Part shown: piece after piece, positions 10,738 to 17,708 of the stretch
How the letters are laid out: every line of letters begins with the position of its first letter
Position numbering within the stretch: position 1 is the stretch's first letter
NCBI GenBank assembly: GCA_022340305.1
Contig: JAJDOF010000027.1
Span: forward strand, 12,682 to 76,681
Direction of reading: 5' to 3'
From: Gammaproteobacteria bacterium
GTDB lineage: Bacteria; Pseudomonadota; Gammaproteobacteria; GCA-001735895
Length of the DNA: 64,000 bases
Program-made: the position numbers and the translations under genes
Notes under the pieces: generated by a model
The model's database searches: none
The model's input: only the letters and a program-made list of their open reading frames with translations
Told to the model about the DNA's origin: nothing

Positions 10738-11337
10738 ATGGATGCTTTACTGTCTGGTTTTTCACTGGGATTCTCACTGATACTCGCCATCGGTGCGCAG
10801 AATGCGTTCGTGCTGAAACAGGGCCTGAAGGATGAGCACGTTTTCCTGGTCTGCCTGATCTGCGCGCTGTCGGATGCGCTGCTGATACTGATCGGCGTGA
10901 GCGGTTTCCATCTGCTGGTAGCAGCCTACCCCGAGGCGATCATCGCGGCCCGTTACGGTGGCGCCCTGTTCCTGTTTGCCTATGGCATGCTCAGTTTCTG
11001 GCGCGCAGTGCGCGTACAACAGGGCCTGCAACCCAGCGAGATCAGCAGCAACAGTGCGTGGCAGGCGGCATTCACCTGTCTCGCCTTCACCTGGTTAAAC
11101 CCGCACGTCTATCTCGACACGGTGGTTTTGCTGGGCTCGATATCGACACAGTTTCGCGGCAGTATCACCTGGTTTGCAGGTGGCGCCATAACCGCATCCT
11201 TCGTGTTTTTCTTCGCGCTGGGTTACGGCGCGCGACTGCTGCGTCCGCTATTCGCTGCCGCCAGGGCCTGGCGTATTCTGGACTTCCTGATCGGTATCGT
11301 CATGTGCACAATCGCGGCGCGACTGCTGGCTCTCTAG
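10738..11337 (+). CDS. LysE/ArgO family amino-acid exporter
   Basis: N-terminus MDALLSGFSLGFSLILAIGAQNAFVLKQG and NPHVYLDTVVLLG are typical of ArgO/LysE. About 200 aa with 6 hydrophobic segments. Confidence 0.85.
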   Translation: MDALLSGFSLGFSLILAIGAQNAFVLKQGLKDEHVFLVCLICALSDALLILIGVSGFHLLVAAYPEAIIAARYGGALFLFAYGMLSFWRAVRVQQGLQPSEISSNSAWQAAFTCLAFTWLNPHVYLDTVVLLGSISTQFRGSITWFAGGAITASFVFFFALGYGARLLRPLFAAARAWRILDFLIGIVMCTIAARLLAL

Positions 11338-11786
11338 CGCATCAACCGTTTGCGGGCCTCGGCAATACGTTGCTCAACCTCTGCGGATAGCTGGTTGCAG
11401 TCTTCACCAAACTGAAGCAGAAACTGGGCATACATACCCTGCTCGAACATCTGGTTGGCCTCTGCGATACATTCGTCGCGGCAGGCAATCACCCGAGAGA
11501 CCAGTTCAGCCCGATCGGCAACCGGGTTGAAGCTGAAATCCGAGATGAGCTCTATGCGCGTGAGCGTTTCAAGAATTACGCGGGCTTCGGCCCAGTGCCC
11601 GCCAAACGCGGCGCGCGGGAAATGCCGCTGAAACACCTCGCCATCCGCCATCACCACCTCGATAAAGGGTTTGCGAAACATCACGCTGCAGGCGCGGACG
11701 CTGATCATCCGCGCAGATTTCGCCGGCAGAAAAACCAGTTCATCGATAATCGGGTTATCCGCCAGCTGCTCGAGCGCGAGTTTCAT
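11334..11786 (-). CDS. hypothetical protein (~150 aa), translationally coupled to the upstream phosphatase gene
   Basis: Its ATG overlaps the phosphatase TGA (ATGA at 11783-11786). No motif recognised. Confidence 0.6.
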   Translation of the reverse strand: MKLALEQLADNPIIDELVFLPAKSARMISVRACSVMFRKPFIEVVMADGEVFQRHFPRAAFGGHWAEARVILETLTRIELISDFSFNPVADRAELVSRVIACRDECIAEANQMFEQGMYAQFLLQFGEDCNQLSAEVEQRIAEARKRLMR

Positions 11787-12319
11787 TCCGAGGTACCCTG
11801 AGCCGGCCGTTTCATCATATGGGTTATGACCCTGCAATTGGCCTGCAACCAGGCACCCTGCTGCGCGGTTTCCGGCACTCGCCTGCCCCGTACCAGGCTG
11901 ACCTGCGCAAACGCCGCGCGGACATCTTTACCGCCGTGCAATAACACCGCAGCCGCCAGTAGTCCCGAACGTCCGATGCCACCCCGGCAATGGATCAGGG
12001 TGTTGGTTCCACCGTCAATCTGAGTGAATAACAGCTGCGCAAGCTGCGCGAAATCGGCGCTACAGGCAGGCAGGCCCATATCGGGAATGGCAAAAGAAAC
12101 AAATTTCATCGACTTCGCCGCGACCAGTTCGGCTTCCCGAGCGAGCCCAAGCGCATCAGCTTCCGCGGGTTCCAGCAACGAGACCACCTGGTGAAAGCCC
12201 GCCGCGGCTATTTCGTCAATGGTGGTGGCGACACTGCCAGCGCTCGCCGGATGCGCCATGATCGCGAGGCAACCCCTGCCGATCGAGTCGACCCTGAACA
12301 CTTCGGCCTGGTCTGTCAT
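11783..12319 (-). CDS. Cys-based protein-tyrosine / dual-specificity phosphatase family protein
   Basis: Active-site loop HCRGGIGRSG (CX5R-S). ATGA overlap with the upstream GNAT gene. Confidence 0.8.
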   Translation of the reverse strand: MTDQAEVFRVDSIGRGCLAIMAHPASAGSVATTIDEIAAAGFHQVVSLLEPAEADALGLAREAELVAAKSMKFVSFAIPDMGLPACSADFAQLAQLLFTQIDGGTNTLIHCRGGIGRSGLLAAAVLLHGGKDVRAAFAQVSLVRGRRVPETAQQGAWLQANCRVITHMMKRPAQGTSE

Positions 12320-12819
12320 TTTTCAGCTGTGACCTGCTTTTCCATAAACACGCTGAGCGGGTCGGCAAGATAAGCGCCAAAAGGGCCGCGCTCGTGGTAG
12401 CCGAGTTTGCGATAAAGCCCCAGTGCCGCGGGCTGCAGCACACCGGTCTCCAGTCGCAACAACTTGACTCCACGTCGATATAACTCGGCTTCCAGATAAT
12501 TCATAAGCTGGCCTGACAATCCCTGGCCACGATGATCGTCGCGCACAAAAACGCGCTTGATCTCGGCATAAGTATCGTCGTCGTCCATCAGCTTGGCGGC
12601 ACCACTGGCCACCAGCTCGCCGTCAATCCGGCAACCGATGAATAACACATCTGGTTTATTCAGGTCCTCGAGCGCTTCCAGGTGGGTACTTGCCGCGGGA
12701 TAGAGGCCATCGTAGAAAGCATCCGCCAAGGCACCCAGTGCCTGCACGTCGGGCGCCCCCGGGTCGAGGGATTCAATCTGGATATCGGGCCGGGTATCAG
12801 GAATTTTCATTGCCGCCAT
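12316..12819 (-). CDS. GNAT family N-acetyltransferase
   Basis: The acetyl-CoA binding segment RVFVRDDHRGQGLSGQLM matches the Q/RxxGxG/A motif. 167 aa. Confidence 0.85.
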   Translation of the reverse strand: MAAMKIPDTRPDIQIESLDPGAPDVQALGALADAFYDGLYPAASTHLEALEDLNKPDVLFIGCRIDGELVASGAAKLMDDDDTYAEIKRVFVRDDHRGQGLSGQLMNYLEAELYRRGVKLLRLETGVLQPAALGLYRKLGYHERGPFGAYLADPLSVFMEKQVTAEK

Positions 12820-12911
12820 TTGATGATCGGGTAGATCTCGAGGTCGCCGTGCTGCAGCACGCCATCGTGACAGGGGATTTGCAGGTTACCATAGCGCATG
12901 TGCCCGAAACG

Positions 12912-13355
12912 CTAATCCTGGTCCAGATCGGCCGGCTGTCGCAACAGCTTTGCCAGCGTATCGGCATCGGGCATCTCGTCGAAATGCTCGCCCGCATCGG
13001 CGATAACATCCCAGGGCGCACGCGAGCCGACAAACAAATGTGCGCCCAGGCGCAATCCATTACCCGCTTCCAGCAAACCGACCGGCACCCACCAGGCACT
13101 GTCATTCGCAGTCAGATTCGGTAACGGCGAACCGCAGCGCGAACAGAAATGAGATTTGAAACCCGTATCCGATTCGTATTTCCGCACCAGTTCCTCGCCC
13201 GCAATCCAGCTCAGTTGCGACAGGTCGATCCTGAACGCGGCATTCGCCGATGACCCGGTAACCTTGCGACACAACGAACAATGACACTGATACAGGTCAG
13301 GCAACTCGCCCGACAAGGCAAACTGAACCCCGCCACACAGACATTTACCCTGCAT
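12912..13355 (-). CDS. GFA (glutathione-dependent formaldehyde-activating enzyme-like) family protein
   Basis: Cys-rich Zn motifs MQGKCLCGGVQF, CHCSLCRK and HFCSRCGSPL. Start taken at the internal ATG 13355. The upstream part of the track ORF overlaps the GST gene. Confidence 0.85.
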   Translation of the reverse strand: MQGKCLCGGVQFALSGELPDLYQCHCSLCRKVTGSSANAAFRIDLSQLSWIAGEELVRKYESDTGFKSHFCSRCGSPLPNLTANDSAWWVPVGLLEAGNGLRLGAHLFVGSRAPWDVIADAGEHFDEMPDADTLAKLLRQPADLDQD

Positions 13356-13372
13356 TTTCAACTCCCGGACAG

Positions 13373-14017
13373 TCAGAATTCGCTGCGCCCTTCCAGCTCT
13401 GCAAAGGGTTGCATAATGGTATGACGAAATCCTCTGCGTTGCGACAGCTGTCGATACCAGCGCATGACCTGCGACGGCTCCTCGACTGCCAGTCCCATAT
13501 TGAAATAGCGAAACAGGCACACACCGCAGGCTATATCGGCGAGGCTGAAGAAATCACCGGCAACAAAAGGCTGCGCCCTGAGCTGGCGATCCAGCGCGGC
13601 AAAATGCAGGCGGCACTGCCGTTGCGCGCGGTCGATCGCCGCTGCATCGCGCAGCGCGGGCGGTGTTCGGTAATAACCCCAGAACAGATCGATGAATGCC
13701 GGCTGCAGGCTCGCCAGCTCCCAGTCCATCCAGCGTTCTACCTGCGAGCGCTGCAAGGCATCATCGGGATAGAGCGCTGACGCGGCAAAAATAGTGGCGA
13801 GATAACGCAGGATCGAGTTTGACTCCCAGACGACGGCAGCGCCGTGCTTTAATACCGGAATACGCGCCTGCGGGTTGAGTTTCAGGAACTCGGGTGTCTC
13901 GAGATCACCAGCCCGGCTGCCGATGTCATGCTGCTTGAAGTCGATGCCCAGTTCCGCCAGTAACCACAGGGGTTTTTGCACGTTATAGGCATTGCTCCGT
14001 CCCCACAGCTCGATCAT
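13373..14017 (-). CDS. glutathione S-transferase
   Basis: N-terminal thioredoxin-like fold MIELWGRSNAYNVQKPLWLLAELGIDF...IPVLKHG...VWESNSILRYL. Start at the internal ATG 14017. The track ORF's 125-aa N-terminal extension overlaps the PhzF-like gene. Confidence 0.88.
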   Translation of the reverse strand: MIELWGRSNAYNVQKPLWLLAELGIDFKQHDIGSRAGDLETPEFLKLNPQARIPVLKHGAAVVWESNSILRYLATIFAASALYPDDALQRSQVERWMDWELASLQPAFIDLFWGYYRTPPALRDAAAIDRAQRQCRLHFAALDRQLRAQPFVAGDFFSLADIACGVCLFRYFNMGLAVEEPSQVMRWYRQLSQRRGFRHTIMQPFAELEGRSEF

Positions 14018-14028
14018 CACCTGTTTCA

Positions 14029-14883
14029 CTAAAGCCACAAACTGCCTTCGATCAGAATATGGGTTTGCCCGCCAATCATCACGTTGGTCGCACCGACCGG
14101 GCGCATCGACACCCGGCCATGACGATTGATTTTCGTTCCCTGCGCCACGGTAACCGCCCGTTGCAGGCGTCCCTCGGCCTGCAGCCAGTGCGCCAACGCC
14201 GAATTCAGCGATCCGGTGATCGGATCCTCGCTCATGCCACTGGATGGCGCCAGCATGCGCACCTCGTACTGGCATTCGCCGCCATCGGGGTGGGCGCCGA
14301 TAAAGCCCAGCGCCTTGAACTGGGGCCAGCGCACACGCGCCGAATCGAGCGCCAGTACGCTGGCGGCCGAATCCAGCTGAAAAGCTTGCCAAATCGGGCC
14401 ATTGTCGAGCTCAGCCGTGTGCAATATGCATTCCTGCGGGATTTCCAAAACGTCGACAATGGCTGCGAAATTAGAATCCTGCATCGGCCTAATTGCCGTC
14501 GGCGGCGCCACGAAGGCCGGTAGCTGCGGATCACTGATATCGATATCGACGATGCCGATAGCACACTCCTGGCGTACCAGGCCCGGCTGCTTTGGCTGTC
14601 CACCGCTGTGTAGCCAGGCGGCACAACTACCCAGCGTTGGGTGGCCGGCGAACAGCATTTCCCGGGCGGTGGTGAAGATACGCAGGCGATAATCCGCCTC
14701 AGGCACACTCGGGGGTAACATGAAGGTAGTTTCGGCAAGGTTGGTCCAGGCAGCAAAGGTCTGCATCTGCGTATCGCTCAAGCCCTCGCCATCGACCACC
14801 ACCGCGAGCGCATTGCCGAGCGTCGGCGTCGGGGTGAATACGTCGCATTGAATGAAACGTCGCTGCTGCATGGAAGTCTCCAC
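14029..14883 (-). CDS. PhzF family isomerase/epimerase-like protein
   Basis: FIQCDVFTPTPTLGNALAVVVDGEGLSD, FAGHPTLGS and EDPITGS motifs. About 280 aa. Confidence 0.85.
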   Translation of the reverse strand: METSMQQRRFIQCDVFTPTPTLGNALAVVVDGEGLSDTQMQTFAAWTNLAETTFMLPPSVPEADYRLRIFTTAREMLFAGHPTLGSCAAWLHSGGQPKQPGLVRQECAIGIVDIDISDPQLPAFVAPPTAIRPMQDSNFAAIVDVLEIPQECILHTAELDNGPIWQAFQLDSAASVLALDSARVRWPQFKALGFIGAHPDGGECQYEVRMLAPSSGMSEDPITGSLNSALAHWLQAEGRLQRAVTVAQGTKINRHGRVSMRPVGATNVMIGGQTHILIEGSLWL

Positions 14884-14892
14884 GGTAGACTG

Positions 14893-15516
14893 CTAATAAA
14901 TCGTTTTCTTCAGTTGGTCTGCATAGCTTTCATCGTAGGCCTCGGCGTCCATTTCCACACCATGTTGAGCACTGAAATGTTGCGCCAGCTCTCCGGCAGT
15001 GGGTAATTGCGGAGGTCTGCCACTCGACTCCGGGTTCCACAATCTCGAACGTGCCAGAGCCTTTTGGCACTGGTAATATACCTTGTCCACCTGGATCGAT
15101 AAAACACTGCTGGCCGGCTTACCGCTAACCGCAAATGATTCACACAGATCCTTGTCCACCAGAATCTCGGCCCGGCCACTGATACGCAGCGTCTCGGAAA
15201 CATTGGGAATCAAAAAGATGATGCCGACGCTCGGGTTTTGCAGGATATTACGCATGGAGTCGAGGCGATTATTGCCCTTGCGGTCGGGTATCTGGATACA
15301 TTTCGGCGACACCACGCGCACGAACCCGGGGGGATCACCGCGTGGCGAGCAATCGACGCCGTTGTCCCCGTAGCTCGCCAGGATCAGGAACGGAGCTGCC
15401 TCGATAAAGCTGCGATACAGATCATTAACGTGATCGATTTCTTTCCATAACGAACGCTCGCCAACCTCAGCGCTGTATACCTGTTCGAGGATTTGCTTGG
15501 AATTTATTGTTTGCAT
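14893..15516 (-). CDS. pyridoxamine 5'-phosphate oxidase-like FMN-binding family protein
   Basis: FLILASYGDNGVDCSPRGDPPGFVRV, GNNRLDSMRNILQNPSVGIIFLIP and ETLRISG resemble the PPOX-class split-barrel family. Confidence 0.75.
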   Translation of the reverse strand: MQTINSKQILEQVYSAEVGERSLWKEIDHVNDLYRSFIEAAPFLILASYGDNGVDCSPRGDPPGFVRVVSPKCIQIPDRKGNNRLDSMRNILQNPSVGIIFLIPNVSETLRISGRAEILVDKDLCESFAVSGKPASSVLSIQVDKVYYQCQKALARSRLWNPESSGRPPQLPTAGELAQHFSAQHGVEMDAEAYDESYADQLKKTIY

Positions 15517-15991
15517 TGTTAACCTTTTGGATCAGAGAAGATTAGTCCCCGGTAGACCAGTGCCAGGTGATGAATTCTGCCCACTCCGGGAGCATTCTGC
15601 AATTGATCTAACCGACTTTACCGGCCACATCACTGCCATTTATCCAGCCGTGTCTGGTCAGGCCTGGCGAGTATCCAGACACGGTCATCGGGTATGACTG
15701 CTGAAGCAATCCGGGTAGCACCCGGCAGCGGGATAATACCCTTTTAGTGCAAAAACAAAACCCGTCATTCACCGCGACAAGCGCGATTACCTGGGAATCA
15801 CCCGGGTGAACCTGGGCGGGAGGTGCCTCACCGGGCGCAAACTGTTCGATGATCAAATATAAAGTGATTTCTTAGATACCTTATGTATCTATCTGATTTT
15901 AATTGATTAAATTTCGAAAAAATTATGTTTTTTTAGCTGTGGGGCGGGCTCGTTCAGCGAGGTCAGATCTGACCCGGGAACTCTATCCTGC

Positions 15992-16963
15992 TCAGGAAAT
16001 CATCTGGTAATAGACATTCTGCGGATGCTCGGCCTCGATAAAGAAGTACCAGCGTTCGGCCAGCAACCCGAGAAATTGCAGCAGCAGTGCCGCCGCGCAG
16101 ACCAGCAGGCTATCCGCCTCACTGAAAAACAACAGCAGGAGTGGCAAAACGAATCCACTGATGAGGAAAAATCGACGTCCCAGGCGAACGACACCGGCAC
16201 CGTAAGTATGCATAAAGGCGCGCGTATTGAAACTGCCGCCCATGGCGCCCTGCGCCATCTGGCGAATCGTGGGATGATGCACACCAATCGCCGATTGTAG
16301 TGTCGATGGACTGCGCAGGTTGAGGTTACGCGACAGGCTGAACAAGCGCGACATCAGGGCGGCCAGGGTCAGGAATACTGCCATCGCAGAAAAGTAACCG
16401 AAGGGCCCGGCGCTAGTGGCGACCGCAAGTACAGTCGCCAGAGTAAAACCCGAGGCCATTCCCATCAGGAAAAAATTCAACACGGTCAACGGACTATGCC
16501 ACTGGCGCAGAAACTTCAGGCTCGCATATATCATCGCTGTACAGACAAACAGGGCGATGATCGCGAGCATCGCCATAAAGCCCACCAGGGTCGACAGCGA
16601 CACGGGGATGCGGCCGAGCGTCAAGACCTGCAAATCGAGCCCGAAGTAGCGAATCACGGCGTAGGCGAATACTGTCGCCATCGCCGCTGGCAGGGCGATG
16701 ACCTCACGGGATAACCACGAAGTACGCCACATCGCAGCTGCTCGCCAGGCACGTTCAGGATGACCGAGATGAAAGAACGAAGCCAGCAATCCAGCCACCA
16801 GCAACAAAAAGCTTATGCTCGCGGCAAGGGTCGTGTAATCACTGCCGGCCGGCTGCAGCATGTTCAACATGACCAGCCACTCGGCACTGTAATAGGCGAG
16901 GAACAAACCCTGCCCGGCACCGATCAGGGTAGTCAGGAAAATGACAGAAAAAGCAGGCTTCAT
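15992..16963 (-). CDS. soeC: DmsC/NrfD-like membrane anchor subunit of a Mo-bisPGD oxidoreductase (SoeC-like)
   Basis: About 8 hydrophobic helices with a DmsC-type N-terminus MKPAFSVIFLTTLIGAGQGLFL. Last gene of a three-gene operon. Start at the internal ATG 16963. Confidence 0.7.
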   Translation of the reverse strand: MKPAFSVIFLTTLIGAGQGLFLAYYSAEWLVMLNMLQPAGSDYTTLAASISFLLLVAGLLASFFHLGHPERAWRAAAMWRTSWLSREVIALPAAMATVFAYAVIRYFGLDLQVLTLGRIPVSLSTLVGFMAMLAIIALFVCTAMIYASLKFLRQWHSPLTVLNFFLMGMASGFTLATVLAVATSAGPFGYFSAMAVFLTLAALMSRLFSLSRNLNLRSPSTLQSAIGVHHPTIRQMAQGAMGGSFNTRAFMHTYGAGVVRLGRRFFLISGFVLPLLLLFFSEADSLLVCAAALLLQFLGLLAERWYFFIEAEHPQNVYYQMIS

Positions 16964-16976
16964 TGTTGCTGCACCG

Positions 16977-17708
16977 TTACCAGGATGTCGAATCGTCGAG
17001 CGTGGTGCGTGTCGTCGGCGCGCGCTGACCACGATCTTCCTTACGCAGCGGATTATCCACGCGCTGCAGGTCTTCTTCGTGCACCGCGATACTCACCTTG
17101 CGTCGCGGCAGGTAATGATTGGCCGGCTGAGTGCCCCATTCGGGCATTAACTGGTAACCACCGGCGGCGTTGATTGCTCGAGAAGCATCCGATTCCGGAT
17201 CGTGGATATCGCCATAGATGCGCGCACTGGTCGGGCAGGAAAGAACGCAAACCGGTTTGCGCTCTGCTTCCGGCAGGCTTTCATCGTAGAGCCGATCGAC
17301 GCACAGGGTGCATTTCTTCATCACCTTTTGCTGTTCATCGATTTCCCGTGCGCCATATGGACAGGCCCAGGAACAGTATTCACAGCCGATACACTTGTCG
17401 TAATCGACCAGCACGATTCCATCCTCGGGACGCTTGTAGCTCGCTCCGGTCGGGCACACCGGAACACAGGGCGGGTCTTCGCAATGCAGACAGGATTTGG
17501 GGAAATGTATCGTCTGTGTATCTGGAAATTCACCGACTTCAAAGGTCTGCACGCGATTGAAAAAAGTCCCGGTCGGTTCAGCCCCGTATGGATTACGGTC
17601 CACCATCGGGCCTGCATCACCCGAGGTATTCCATTCCTTGCAACTGGTCACACAGGCGTGACAGCCGACACAGGTGTTGAGATCAATCACCAGGGCGAGT
17701 TGTGTCAT
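16977..17708 (-). CDS. soeB: 4Fe-4S ferredoxin-type iron-sulfur subunit (DmsB family, SoeB-like)
   Basis: Four Cys clusters (CVGCHACVTSC, CLHCEDPPCVPVCP, CIGCEYCSWACP, CTLC...CVLSCP). Its ATG overlaps the stop of the catalytic-subunit gene (ATGA at 17705-17708). Confidence 0.8.
   Translation of the reverse strand: MTQLALVIDLNTCVGCHACVTSCKEWNTSGDAGPMVDRNPYGAEPTGTFFNRVQTFEVGEFPDTQTIHFPKSCLHCEDPPCVPVCPTGASYKRPEDGIVLVDYDKCIGCEYCSWACPYGAREIDEQQKVMKKCTLCVDRLYDESLPEAERKPVCVLSCPTSARIYGDIHDPESDASRAINAAGGYQLMPEWGTQPANHYLPRRKVSIAVHEEDLQRVDNPLRKEDRGQRAPTTRTTLDDSTSW

Noticed and set aside
13373-14392. 339-aa version of the GST ORF.
   Set aside because: The first 125 codons overlap the PhzF-like gene in another frame and are Arg/Gly/Ala-rich. 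The GST fold begins at MIELWG (ATG 14017).
15608-15856. 82-aa minus-strand ORF in the soeC-downstream gap.
   Set aside because: It has no Shine-Dalgarno or family motif, and it spans palindromic elements. Evidence is insufficient to call it coding.
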